Assembly (NCBI GenBank): GCA_965248435.1 | Contig: OZ252100.1 | Location: 2,080,001-2,144,000 of the forward strand | Length of the DNA stretch: 64,000 nt | Direction: 5' to 3' | DNA from: Candidatus Latescibacterota bacterium | GTDB taxonomy: Bacteria; Latescibacterota; UBA2968; GCA-2709665 | In this document: one piece after another, positions 19,076 to 28,761 of the stretch | How positions within the stretch are numbered: the stretch's first letter is position 1 | How the letters are laid out: every line of letters starts with the position of its first letter | The notes under the pieces: generated by a model | The model's database searches: none | Told to the model about the DNA's origin: nothing | What the model saw: only the letters and a program-made list of their open reading frames with translations | Translations under genes and position numbers: made by a program

Positions 19076-19897
19076 CTATGACCTGTTCTTTTCCATCCAG
19101 CCGGCTGCGAAATCGACCAACTGAGGCTGAGGTATATGTTGGCAATCAGCTTGACCAACTCGGCCACTAAGAACCACTTCCCTACCATCGGTTCGCACAA
19201 AGTCCTCTCCAATCTGCGCGAAGTCGGAACTATCGAGATCGATCTCTTCGAATGTCGTCCACTGCCTCTTGCCGTCCATCCAGACCGGTGCGCCCTCCTC
19301 CAGCACCTTCTTCGACGGGTATGTGGAGCGATATTCCGCCAAGTGCATAGAGGTGTTCCTGGCGTGATCCACACCCAGGAGCAGGACACACCCGTCGAGT
19401 TCATAGATTCGCGCCAAAGGGGATCCCTCGCCCAAACCGTTGGGCAAAGGATGATCTCCTGTTATTCGTCCCGCATATTCGCCCCAGGCACAGAAGGAGT
19501 GGTGTGGGTGTGCGCTTCGAAGTACGCCTGGCTGCTTTCGAAAGGTCTCTGGTATCGCACCTATGGCTCGAGTTGGAGTAAAATCAGGATCGAATGCCGG
19601 CATGCTCTGACGGATAACCTCCCACCAGGACTCCGGAACTGGAGGGTTCTCCCATCTGCTCGGTTCGGTCAAATCCGTTGAGTGTGCTGGCATAACTAAA
19701 GTTCCGGTCGATCCTAAAGCCTCTTCAAGAGCCAGAATCACTGCTACAGCCCCGCCACAGACCCACCCGATGGAACTCAAGGAAGAATGCACCAGGAGCA
19801 CCATGTCTGGCTGTACACCCAGCGCATGTAGATCGGCCTTCAGCGACTCGACAGTCGCTAGCGTTTCGGTCCTTTTGACAGTCTCAGCTTCTGGCAT
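19076..19897 (-). CDS. AAC(3)/YokD-family aminoglycoside N(3)-acetyltransferase-like protein
   Basis: VHSSLSSIGWVCGG, GTLVMP, RSAHP..SF, NTSMHLAE motifs. Confidence 0.9.
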   Translation of the reverse strand: MPEAETVKRTETLATVESLKADLHALGVQPDMVLLVHSSLSSIGWVCGGAVAVILALEEALGSTGTLVMPAHSTDLTEPSRWENPPVPESWWEVIRQSMPAFDPDFTPTRAIGAIPETFRKQPGVLRSAHPHHSFCAWGEYAGRITGDHPLPNGLGEGSPLARIYELDGCVLLLGVDHARNTSMHLAEYRSTYPSKKVLEEGAPVWMDGKRQWTTFEEIDLDSSDFAQIGEDFVRTDGREVVLSGRVGQADCQHIPQPQLVDFAAGWMEKNRS

Positions 19898-19935
19898 AGG
19901 AATCGGCCCTGTAAGAGCGCAGAAACAAGAGGTGG

Positions 19936-20733
19936 TTACACGACAATAACTTTGAACACCGTAATCGCCTTGCCCATGATCACATTGAAGTCCTTATCAA
20001 CCTGTACCCGGACCAAACCAGTCCTCCTCGATATCTGCTTCCCCGTTAGCTCCTTCCTGCCAAGTCTATCTGCCCAATATTGCCCAAGTGTCGAATGAGC
20101 AATGCCAGTCACCGGATCTTCGTCGATTCCTACGGGCGGTGCAAAGAATCTCGAAACGAAATCGATTCTGTTCTCATCAGACTTCGCGGTCACGACGCAG
20201 CTGTGTCCATTTCTCTTCATCCGAGAGAGATCGGGACTGAGGTCGCGTATTCCTGCTGGATCGTTCAACAGAACGATGTGGTAATCGAATCTGCTCCTAA
20301 AAATCTCCTCGCAGCGATCTATTCGCAATTCGTCCAACAACCCACCAGCATCTGTTACGCAGGTAATCTCATCCTTTGGGAACTTCATCGCAATCCAGTC
20401 ATCTTGTTTTCTCACCTTCAGCAGATCGTTTGGCGCTTCAAACAGGATTTCGGAACCTTCCTGCACAATGGCCGATTCGTACAGGATATGCGCCGAGGCC
20501 AGAGTAGCGTGGCCGCACAATGGGACTTCAGTTTCAGGAGTGAAATACCTGATGGCATACCGATCTACTTTGGGGATCACGAACGCTGTCTCTGACAGAT
20601 TCATTTCTCCGGCAATTTGCTGCATCCATTGCTCATCGGCAGGCCCAGGCAACACGCACACCCCCGCCGGATTCCCCTTGAATTTGGTCTCTGCAAATGC
20701 ATCAACCTGATAGAGCATGATCTCTTTGGCCAT
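19936..20733 (-). CDS. PhzF family isomerase
   Basis: VDAF..KGNPAGV, EMNLSETAF, EVPLCGHATLA, EDPVTG. Confidence 0.9.
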   Translation of the reverse strand: MAKEIMLYQVDAFAETKFKGNPAGVCVLPGPADEQWMQQIAGEMNLSETAFVIPKVDRYAIRYFTPETEVPLCGHATLASAHILYESAIVQEGSEILFEAPNDLLKVRKQDDWIAMKFPKDEITCVTDAGGLLDELRIDRCEEIFRSRFDYHIVLLNDPAGIRDLSPDLSRMKRNGHSCVVTAKSDENRIDFVSRFFAPPVGIDEDPVTGIAHSTLGQYWADRLGRKELTGKQISRRTGLVRVQVDKDFNVIMGKAITVFKVIVV

Positions 20734-20754
20734 ATTCTTTCCTTGGATTACCGT

Positions 20755-21501
20755 TCACGGCTTCCTGGCTACAAAAAACATCCTGCCCTCGTGCCTTGAG
20801 AGTCCTTCTGCAATCGGATCCTTCCCATCAAACGTCAGAATCGCATCAAAGCCTGCCTTCTGAAACGCTGATTTCACCTCGCTCTCTGAATACCATCTCT
20901 GGAGCAGGGTTGAATCGCTCCGGTTCCAATTTCCTCGATCCAGTTCAAAGATCGTAAATTCAGTCTTCCCAATCCGTTGCTTTTCATCCCTGCTTGTACG
21001 TACCACAAACACGTGGTCATCTTCGACATGGCCACGCGATCCGCCCCACCTGGCCAGGTAAGCGTCCTCCATGTTCAAATCGAACTCGAAGTATCCCCCA
21101 CCTTCGAGGGCTTCGTATACGCTTCGGAAAACCCTCTCTAACTCCTCCAAAGTCATGACATGGTTCAAGCTGTCAAAGGTTGAGAAGGCGGCATTGAATT
21201 TCTTGGGCACAGAGAACTCACGGGCGTCTGAGACAAGAAACTCTGCATCTGGTGCCTTCTTGCGCGCAATCTCAATCATCTGCTCAGAGCCATCGATCCC
21301 CGTTATCTTGTATCCCTGCTCTACCAGTCTTGCGGCCAGCTGCCCTGTGCCGCAGCAGAGGTCAAGCACAGCACAATTCCTGGGCAGATGTCTCAGCACC
21401 AGGTGATCTGCGATCGCATACGCTTTGGTTGCAAAGAAGCTCCAATGCCGGTTATACACTTTGGCAAAAGGGTCATAGTCACTGTAACGAGTCACTGACA
21501 T
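20755..21501 (-). CDS. Class I SAM-dependent methyltransferase
   Basis: VLDLCCGTG, FDSLNH, GGYFEFDLN. Confidence 0.85.
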   Translation of the reverse strand: MSVTRYSDYDPFAKVYNRHWSFFATKAYAIADHLVLRHLPRNCAVLDLCCGTGQLAARLVEQGYKITGIDGSEQMIEIARKKAPDAEFLVSDAREFSVPKKFNAAFSTFDSLNHVMTLEELERVFRSVYEALEGGGYFEFDLNMEDAYLARWGGSRGHVEDDHVFVVRTSRDEKQRIGKTEFTIFELDRGNWNRSDSTLLQRWYSESEVKSAFQKAGFDAILTFDGKDPIAEGLSRHEGRMFFVARKP

Positions 21502-22105
21502 GGAACTCCCCTGCTGAATGTTTGCAACATGTCGGACTTTCGTTCATTTGATCGTGGGGCCGACTTTCTGCAACAGCCTTGGAAATGATACTCCCTACAT
21601 TGATATTCCCACCCTTCAAGATTCTCGCATATACCCCTCGTAAGTGCAATCCTTGTCTATCGGCCGCGTTGACGAAGTTAGAGGCTTCCTTTCCATAACG
21701 CGCTAGGAACTTCCTGCAACCATTGTGCGCCAAATCGGTGACTTCCAGAATTACATCATCAATAGCGAGCAATTGCCCTGCAGGCAAATTCTCTTCTCTG
21801 AGATCTAAATCAACAATCAGATTATCCCCTGCCAGGGACCATCTCTCTTTAGTTACAGTTATGAGGTCGAGCATGCGCACGTTTATGAGAGAGACCTGGT
21901 TACGAGTGCCATACTTACTGGAGGTAGTCCACCTATCACCTTGAATTCCTTCTTCTGGGGACAGATAGGCGCTCTCGAGTAATTCGCGTTCGCCCTCTTT
22001 TGGACGAATGAGTATGGCTTCCAGCGTTCCCCGATCCTCTGGAGACTGAAGAACTTGAGAAAGTCCACTTTCAATATCTGACTCGGTAACGAACAATTCT
22101 CCCAT
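21479..22105 (-). CDS. MOSC-domain protein
   Basis: GI.GDRW, LAGDNL.VD, H.GC.KF, LRGVYARI..GG.I.VG. Confidence 0.8.
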   Translation of the reverse strand: MGELFVTESDIESGLSQVLQSPEDRGTLEAILIRPKEGERELLESAYLSPEEGIQGDRWTTSSKYGTRNQVSLINVRMLDLITVTKERWSLAGDNLIVDLDLREENLPAGQLLAIDDVILEVTDLAHNGCRKFLARYGKEASNFVNAADRQGLHLRGVYARILKGGNINVGSIISKAVAESRPHDQMNESPTCCKHSAGEFHVSDSLQ

Positions 22106-22198
22106 GTCATTTCTCCAGGAACGCAAAATTCTCCTAGGTATCTCAGTTAAGCGGCTTCATTTCTTGATTTGTCTAGTCTTCCTGAGGCTCCGCTTGGA

Positions 22199-22288
22199 TC
22201 ACCTGCCTCGTCTCGGTCTCCTCCGGACGCCACTTTTTAAGTGGCTTAGCTCCTCCTTCCGGCTCAATACATCTCTGAAGGTCTGCAT
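22199..22288 (-). CDS. 29-aa basic small ORF (MQTFRDVLSRKEELSHLKSGVRRRPRRGR)
   Basis: AAGGAG RBS 7 nt before ATG, just after the attenuator terminator. Confidence 0.35.
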   Translation of the reverse strand: MQTFRDVLSRKEELSHLKSGVRRRPRRGR

Positions 22289-22335
22289 CCTGGACTCCTT
22301 TCTGCAATTTCTTGTATGACGACGGAATTTTGGGT

Positions 22336-22375
22336 AAAAGAAAAACCCGCTGTCGAGAGGTCTCAACGGCGGGTT
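22336..22375 (-). terminator. Attenuator terminator at the head of the gene array
   Basis: AACCCGCCGTTGAG-loop-CTCGACAGCGGGTT followed by TTTCTTTT on minus strand. Confidence 0.85.
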
Positions 22376-22400
22376 CAGGTTCTGGCGCAAGTTGTCTTGC

Positions 22401-22538
22401 TCAAGGCCACAAACGATCCCGCCGCTCCATCTTAAGGGAATGCCAGTTAATAACGGCGTAGGCTTCTACCCTCTGATGCGAATGGGCAGGTCCCTTAGTT
22501 AGTGCGATTGTGAAGCATGAAGTTCGGCGGGTGATCAT
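22401..22538 (-). CDS. Leader peptide L1, 45 aa (MITRRTSCFTIALTKGPAHSHQRVEAYAVINWHSLKMERRDRLWP)
   Basis: AGAGGT RBS; homologous to leader at 29000-29122; internal GCGGCGGG complementary to the terminator 5' arm. Confidence 0.7.
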   Translation of the reverse strand: MITRRTSCFTIALTKGPAHSHQRVEAYAVINWHSLKMERRDRLWP

Positions 22539-22586
22539 TAGATTTTACCTCTTCTGTTCATTAGTAGTGTGCATCCAACTGGTGAG

Positions 22587-22616
22587 AATATATAAACAGG
22601 CACCCTTTGGAGTCAA
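22587..22616 (-). promoter_or_regulatory. Sigma70-type promoter for leader L1 and the array
   Basis: TTGACT-18 nt-TATATT. Confidence 0.6.
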
Positions 22617-22685
22617 GGTTTTTCTCTTTTTTGGACGACCAGCCCTGCTCGAACATCACCCTTGCTGTGTAACGCTGATACGCGA

Positions 22686-25600
22686 TCACTGGATATGCTT
22701 TTCCAGGAAAGCTTCACTGATCCGCCCTGTCTGTAGATACGTCCCGTCTTTGAGAACAAGGATATTCGTCGGCCAGCTCTTGACTTTGAGGGCTCCGATC
22801 AGTGTCGAATCTGCCAATACTTGAGGCCAGTCCATTTCGAACCTCTCGACCACCCGCTTGGCATCGGGGAGTTTGTTGACCTTCACAAAACTCACCATCT
22901 TCAGCTTATCCTTCCGGATCTTCCGATTCATTATCACCAGGGAGGGTATCTCCTGAATACAGGGTGGGCACCACTCGCCCCAGAAATTTAGCAAAGCATA
23001 CTGACCTCGCAGGGATTCTAAGTCGACAGTCTCACCGGAGATGGACTCGTAGTGGCCTTCCCAGAAAGACGCGGGAATCTGTCCAGTTTCCTGGACGGGA
23101 CTCGGCACCTTACTTCGCGCTTCCCGCCTGACTGAATCTCGTTCTGCCATCTCCTTTTGATGATAGAACGTCGGCGCCTCGCCCGTCTTGCTAAGGGTCA
23201 TCCTCTCACCATATGGATGAACGAACGAAAGTTTGTAGTTCTCTTCCCCAATCGTGAAGACGTCGTTCAGCTTAAACACTTCTACCTCCGTGGGTTCCAG
23301 TGACGGACCCCTGGCCCAACGCTTCAAGCCGCCTTCGCGATCTAGGTCGATGATGAGGAAGTCCCCCTCATCGTTGTAAAGTCCATTTCCGCTGAGATCC
23401 CACAGCCCGATCTCGTAGTCGGACTGATTAACCGTAACCCGGCCTCGACGCATGGAGAGATCGCCCCGGAAGTAGTACGTCCCAACCTCGCCGGTGAAGT
23501 CAGGGTAAAGTCTCTTCCAGAACCCCGCTGGACCTGCAAGCAGATCTCCACTAACTGTGTCTATGTACGAAGCCAGCATCTCTGATATTCTCTTGTTAGA
23601 AGGATGGTCATCTGGAAGGTGTCTAAGATGTGGTCTCCGCTGCCAGAGCCTCGCCGTCTTCTGTTTCGGATCTTCTCTGTCAGCTAGCCAGATCACAAAA
23701 TCGTTCTCATCGCGCGGAAAGAATCCCGGACTTCCGTCGTTCGTAAGGTCCTCGTCGTTGTTCAGATCGACATAGAACCGATCCCCATCCTTTTGTGGAA
23801 TCACCATCACGGAAATAATGCGATCTTCTCCAACTGCGGGCCGGTGACCCGTTTCGTAGAAATAGGCGGGGCGATCGGTAGCGGGAAGTTTCAGCTTTTC
23901 CCTCGGTTCCCTGTGGGACCCGACTATACTCACTCCGATACCGTCCAACCCGGTCAAATCAGGAAGCAGGACCTCTATCTCCTTCTTCTCGACAACCACC
24001 GGCTTCTTGCGTTCGCCCACAGGATCACGCGGTGCGCTGAGAACCGTAAGGGTCTTCTCTATGTCCTTCTTACCATCGAGATAGACTTCGAATCTCCACT
24101 TTCCGGGTTTGTCCAACGACCGGTCGAATTCATACTCAAAGATCGTCTCTTTCGGCCAACGCTCACCTTGAAGATCGTGCTCGGCGACTAACCTTCCTGC
24201 GCCGTCGTAGATCTTGCAAGCGATGTCCGCCTCTTCTCTGGGAACACCCCAGTTCACGAAGGCATAGACCTTACCTTTGGCGATCGAGATCTCTTTTATC
24301 TCGTCCATAGGTTTGTTCCCGCCGGGGCCACCCAGTCGAGTCGTGAGAACCGCGTCGCCCCGCCTGATCCTTGTCGGGACAAACCGGAGTCCCTTGATCG
24401 ACTCACCCGCCTCGACTGCGAATTCCAAGGGCTCCACGCCCTCGCCGTACACGACTGAAACTCTGATCTGTCCGGGAAAGACCGGGGCGCGGAAGCTGCC
24501 ATCAATCGACGTGGTCGCGCCCGACCTCGCCCATCCCTCTTCATCCTCGACGCGGATGCCCGCACCGGGCCAGGGCGATCCATCTTCGCGAGTCACCCTG
24601 CCCGAAACGCTGCCCAGGTTGTCCAGACTGGGTCGATAGGGAACCCACCCGACGTATCTGACACCCAGCAGAAGCCTGCCGTCATTCAACTCTCTGATAC
24701 CGTTGACGTGTCCTGCGGGTAGACCATCCTCACTCGTGATGAGCAGCCACCCACCGTCCTGATAGCGCAACAGACCGCCACGGCTTTCGAGGCCGTGATG
24801 GTGGTAAGATGTGCCCATCCAGATCGTGCCGTCCTTTATTTGGCAGATGGCTGAAGCCCCGCCTGCCGGCAGGCCGTGAACCTCGTTCAACGTCTTCCAG
24901 GACGCTCCATCAAACACGGAGATTCCGTTGCGGTACGAGTGCGTCCCCCAGACCTTTCCGTCCTGAGCGACGAGGATCTCGTAGGTCTTTTTGCCACCCA
25001 ACCCGTCCTCTCGAGTGTAGGAGGTCCACTGTTTTCCATCGAAGCGGCTGATCCCCAACCGTGTCCCAACCCAGACCGATCCATCCCTCCCGTCTGCGGC
25101 GCTGTAGACGCGGTTGTGCGAAAGCCCGTCCTCCACTCGAAAGTTTCGCCAGTTCTTTCCATCAAAACGTGTGACGCCGTGACCCTCATCTCCGACCGGG
25201 TGCGCCCTCATCCATATGTTCTCTTTGCTGTCGAAGCACAGTGCGTACACGGCAGGCCCGATGCTCCTGTCGTGGGTGGTGATCTCCCAGTCCTTTCCAT
25301 CGTAGCGCGCGAGCGCAGGATTGGTTCCCGCCTCGTGGCTTCCCGAAAACCACAATGTTCCGTCCTCGGCCTGGAGCATGGATGTAGTCCATCCATCCAT
25401 CAAGCCGTCCGCAGGACCGTAGGTCGTCTTCTCTTTACCGTCGAATCGGATGATCTCTCCATGCATCGAAGACCGGCCCCAGACGCTGCCGTCTTTGGCA
25501 AATAGAGGCAGGAGCAGGCCTCCCATCTCCTGAATCGCGGTATCGATGCTCGCGCTTAACGAAACCGAATCAGTCCCCCTATTTCCGAAAACGGTCGCCT

Positions 25601-26735
25601 TGACCGTTCCAAGGGTCACTGCCGCGAGCACCACGGCAGCTGCGACCGAGATCCACATGCCGCGGCTGATATGCGGAGAGACGCGTTTTCCGATGCTCAC
25701 AATCCGGTCGATGCGATCCATCACACCGCCCTGCCTGGCCATATCCATACCCATCGAAACGGCTGGGATTGGCTGCATCGCGGAAGTTACATCCAACAAG
25801 ACACCCGCGTAACTATCTGAATCGCCCGTGGTCACGATCGACCAGTCGTCGCAAGCCTGTTCCTGCGCTACGGACAGGCGACGACTGGCTATCCACACGA
25901 GTGGATGGAACCAATAAAACGCCAGCGAGAGTGAGGAGATGAACTTGAAAAGGCAGTCAAGGCGGCGGACATGAACTAGCTCGTGAATGAAAATCACATC
26001 AAGGGCTTTCTTCTCGATTAGATTCTCTGGAATCACAATGATCGGGTCCAAAATCCCGATCTGCGTGGGGCTCCCGATTCGATCGCTGCTTGCTAACGCT
26101 ACTTTGCGTCTGATGCCAAGCCGCTGCTTTATCTTATCCATTCGAAGTTTGAGAGACGAATCATTGAGATCGGTCAGGGACCTTCTTAGGGTGAAGACAT
26201 ACAACACTGCTCCGACTAACCGAATCAGCATCACCACTAGACCTGCCAGGTAGATTGACACACCAACAGCCAGAACAATCGGTAATCGATCAGCGGCAAC
26301 AACCGAAGATGCCGGGACATTCCGAGCAGACGGAGGGTAGGCTCTTGTCGACAACGCAGGAGATTGAAGATTCCGGTCTGACGGCCGCATCGGCCTGGTC
26401 GCAGGCGAGACGGTCGTCTCCATCTTGTTTTGACTCAGGGCAGCGGGCGCTTCATCATTTACACCTGACAGTTCTGTGAAGGCCTTCAGAACGAGAACCG
26501 ACGACGGCTTTGGGAGGATGGGGAGACGCAGTGAGGGCATCAACCCAGCAGCCAGCGGGATCAACAACAGACCCACCATGCCGAGGTTCAACAGCAAGTT
26601 CCGCCACGCAGCCCGATTCGCGCTACACAGTCGGACTGCCAGGAGGACGAGTGCGACCAGGACCGTTGCTTTGATTGTAGTATCCAGCAGAAAAAGCCCA
26701 ACAGTTTCCGTGAGATCGAACCATAGCTCTGTCAT
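22686..26735 (-). CDS. BlaR1/M56 peptidase fused to beta-propeller repeats and a C-terminal TlpA-like thioredoxin
   Basis: HELVHVRRLD, WFHPLVW, EQACDD; repeated YDG..W..Y...DGL units; NFWGEWCPPC. Confidence 0.85.
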   Translation of the reverse strand: MTELWFDLTETVGLFLLDTTIKATVLVALVLLAVRLCSANRAAWRNLLLNLGMVGLLLIPLAAGLMPSLRLPILPKPSSVLVLKAFTELSGVNDEAPAALSQNKMETTVSPATRPMRPSDRNLQSPALSTRAYPPSARNVPASSVVAADRLPIVLAVGVSIYLAGLVVMLIRLVGAVLYVFTLRRSLTDLNDSSLKLRMDKIKQRLGIRRKVALASSDRIGSPTQIGILDPIIVIPENLIEKKALDVIFIHELVHVRRLDCLFKFISSLSLAFYWFHPLVWIASRRLSVAQEQACDDWSIVTTGDSDSYAGVLLDVTSAMQPIPAVSMGMDMARQGGVMDRIDRIVSIGKRVSPHISRGMWISVAAAVVLAAVTLGTVKATVFGNRGTDSVSLSASIDTAIQEMGGLLLPLFAKDGSVWGRSSMHGEIIRFDGKEKTTYGPADGLMDGWTTSMLQAEDGTLWFSGSHEAGTNPALARYDGKDWEITTHDRSIGPAVYALCFDSKENIWMRAHPVGDEGHGVTRFDGKNWRNFRVEDGLSHNRVYSAADGRDGSVWVGTRLGISRFDGKQWTSYTREDGLGGKKTYEILVAQDGKVWGTHSYRNGISVFDGASWKTLNEVHGLPAGGASAICQIKDGTIWMGTSYHHHGLESRGGLLRYQDGGWLLITSEDGLPAGHVNGIRELNDGRLLLGVRYVGWVPYRPSLDNLGSVSGRVTREDGSPWPGAGIRVEDEEGWARSGATTSIDGSFRAPVFPGQIRVSVVYGEGVEPLEFAVEAGESIKGLRFVPTRIRRGDAVLTTRLGGPGGNKPMDEIKEISIAKGKVYAFVNWGVPREEADIACKIYDGAGRLVAEHDLQGERWPKETIFEYEFDRSLDKPGKWRFEVYLDGKKDIEKTLTVLSAPRDPVGERKKPVVVEKKEIEVLLPDLTGLDGIGVSIVGSHREPREKLKLPATDRPAYFYETGHRPAVGEDRIISVMVIPQKDGDRFYVDLNNDEDLTNDGSPGFFPRDENDFVIWLADREDPKQKTARLWQRRPHLRHLPDDHPSNKRISEMLASYIDTVSGDLLAGPAGFWKRLYPDFTGEVGTYYFRGDLSMRRGRVTVNQSDYEIGLWDLSGNGLYNDEGDFLIIDLDREGGLKRWARGPSLEPTEVEVFKLNDVFTIGEENYKLSFVHPYGERMTLSKTGEAPTFYHQKEMAERDSVRREARSKVPSPVQETGQIPASFWEGHYESISGETVDLESLRGQYALLNFWGEWCPPCIQEIPSLVIMNRKIRKDKLKMVSFVKVNKLPDAKRVVERFEMDWPQVLADSTLIGALKVKSWPTNILVLKDGTYLQTGRISEAFLEKHIQ

Positions 26736-27118
26736 GACTCCTGCTCCTTCTTTCGCTGCTCCAGTCTTTTTTGAATCTGCTCGAGTTCATCCAAATCCAC
26801 CTGCTCGTCTTCAACCAGACGTGCAAGAAGCATTTCCCCGGACCCGCCAAAAACGCGCTGGATCATCTGCTTCACGGCAGACTTCTGGACTTCCTCGCGT
26901 TTGATCAGGGCGCTGTAGATGTTCGCGCGCCCCTGCTTCCGGCTTGCCACATACTTCTTATCCTCCATGATCTGCAGCATAGTCCGAATCGTGGAATCCA
27001 CGAGCGGATCAGGGAGGGTCTTCTGAACCTGCTCGACACTCGCTTCCCCTTCGTCCCAGACAACCTGCATAATCTGCATCTCCCGGGGAGTCAGTCCATC
27101 CAGACGTGATCTCGCCAT
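26732..27118 (-). CDS. BlaI/MecI/CopY family repressor
   Basis: LTPREMQIMQVVW, STIRTML..ME.K.YV, VFGGS. Confidence 0.9.
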   Translation of the reverse strand: MARSRLDGLTPREMQIMQVVWDEGEASVEQVQKTLPDPLVDSTIRTMLQIMEDKKYVASRKQGRANIYSALIKREEVQKSAVKQMIQRVFGGSGEMLLARLVEDEQVDLDELEQIQKRLEQRKKEQES

Positions 27119-27225
27119 ACACTCCTCCAACCTCCAAAAAGGGCTTGTCGCCCGGCTCTAAGCAAGACAGGAATGGTTGATGGGCCAATGATTCCGCTTC
27201 GGTTCCACGGAAAGGGTCGCCTATC

Positions 27226-27282
27226 CGCTAAATTTCTAGCGATTTAACGCTAATAAAATAGCGTATAAATTTCGGGTGTCAA
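27226..27282 (-). promoter_or_regulatory. blaI-like promoter with twin palindromic operators
   Basis: CGCTA-N6-TAGCG at 27226-27241 and 27248-27263; TTGACA-16 nt-TATTTT with the -10 inside one box. Confidence 0.7.
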
Positions 27283-27363
27283 GCAAAAAGTTCAAAACTA
27301 CATTTTGCCCGGATCGCCCTCAACAGTATGAAGTGGTGGCGCAGGCTTCCCGGACCTATCATT

Positions 27364-28677
27364 TCAAGGATGGAGCCTGTTAGGAGTACGTGGCAGGAAC
27401 GTGGTCTCCCGTATGTTGGGACGATCGAGCAAGACCATGAGGAGGCGGGAGAGACCCAAACCGAAGCCGCCGTGAGGAGGGCACCCGCACTTGAAAAAGT
27501 CTAGGTAGAACTGGATGGAGTCGAGGCTCATGCCAGTTTCTCGGGCCTGAACTACTAACCGCTCCAAGCGGTGTTCTCGCTGGGCGCCTGTGGTGATCTC
27601 AAGACCCTTCCAGAGAAGATCGTAGCTTTTCGTGATGTGCGATGCTTCCTCGTATCGCATGTGGTAGAAGGGACGTACCGATACTGGATAGTCGGTCACA
27701 AATACAAACTCATGGCCGAACCTGCCGTGCACGTGCTCCCCTAATAGCCTTTCTCCTTGAGGATCTAGCTCACCCGAGTAGGGCACCTCGTAGCCTTCCT
27801 GTTCAAGATAGCCGATGGCCTCACTCAAGGTGACCCGCGGAAAGGGAACAGAAGGGACAATCATCTCCAAACCAAAGAGATTAGCGATTTCATGCCCATG
27901 TTTCTCGCTAACAGTCTGAAGCGCATACGACAGCCACCTTTCCTCGAAGGCCATCACATCCTCGTGAGACTCGATCCAGCCGATTTCCACGTCCACGCTT
28001 GTGAACTCGGTGGTGTGCCGCGAAGTGAATGATGGGTCTGCCCGAAAGACGGGTGCGACTTCGAAAACCCGATCCAGGCCCCCAGCAATGGCCATCTGCT
28101 TGTAGAACTGCGGCGACTGAGCCAGGTATGCCCGTTTCTTAAAATACTCAAGTCCGAAAAGCTCGGAACCTGACTCACTAGGGCTACCCATCAGCTTGGG
28201 GGTATGGATCTCGATGAAACCCTCCCTGATCCAGAAGTCCCGCATCGCTTGTTCAAGTGTGGTCTGCACTCGGAACAGAAGATGGTTCTCCGGACGCCGC
28301 AGATCGAGGTAGCGCCAGTCGAGCCTTAGATCCTGACCAGGGAGTGGTGTGGCAAAAGGATCTATCGGTAGAGGAGACACCGCCAGGTTCTCTATCTGAA
28401 GACCGGTCAGGCAAAGTTCGATTCCTCCAAGCTTCACCTGCGGGTTTTCTACCAACTCTCCTGTCACAATCACGGCGGACTCGCGAGTGAGGTCAGACGC
28501 ATGTTCTGCTAGAGAGGGATTTCCCTCCTTTTCTATCACAGCCTGTGCACAACCTGTGTGGTCTCGCAAGATGAGAAAGATCATGTGCTTCTGGTCACGG
28601 ATGGTCTGAACCCACCCCTGCACTGTAACGGTATGACCAGCCTTACTAGGCAGCTCAGAGATTAAAGTGCGTTCCAC
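27364..28677 (-). CDS. aspS: Aspartate--tRNA(Asp/Asn) ligase, short archaeal-type, probably non-discriminating
   Basis: OB fold GWVQTIRD..LRD.TG; RLDWRYLDLR; LAQSPQFYKQ; FRAD...RH..EF; GAQREH; PPHGGFGLG..R; 437 aa without GAD insert. Confidence 0.9.
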   Translation of the reverse strand: MERTLISELPSKAGHTVTVQGWVQTIRDQKHMIFLILRDHTGCAQAVIEKEGNPSLAEHASDLTRESAVIVTGELVENPQVKLGGIELCLTGLQIENLAVSPLPIDPFATPLPGQDLRLDWRYLDLRRPENHLLFRVQTTLEQAMRDFWIREGFIEIHTPKLMGSPSESGSELFGLEYFKKRAYLAQSPQFYKQMAIAGGLDRVFEVAPVFRADPSFTSRHTTEFTSVDVEIGWIESHEDVMAFEERWLSYALQTVSEKHGHEIANLFGLEMIVPSVPFPRVTLSEAIGYLEQEGYEVPYSGELDPQGERLLGEHVHGRFGHEFVFVTDYPVSVRPFYHMRYEEASHITKSYDLLWKGLEITTGAQREHRLERLVVQARETGMSLDSIQFYLDFFKCGCPPHGGFGLGLSRLLMVLLDRPNIRETTFLPRTPNRLHP

Positions 28678-28700
28678 AGTAGTATCCTCCTATCTGAGAG

Positions 28701-28740
28701 AAAAAAGAAAAAGCCCGTCGCAATGCATCAACGACGGGCT
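28701..28740 (-). terminator. Attenuator terminator 2 upstream of aspS
   Basis: AGCCCGTCG-loop-CGACGGGCT followed by TTTTCTTTTTT. Confidence 0.85.
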
Positions 28741-28761
28741 CTGAAATTGAACGCGGGGTTA

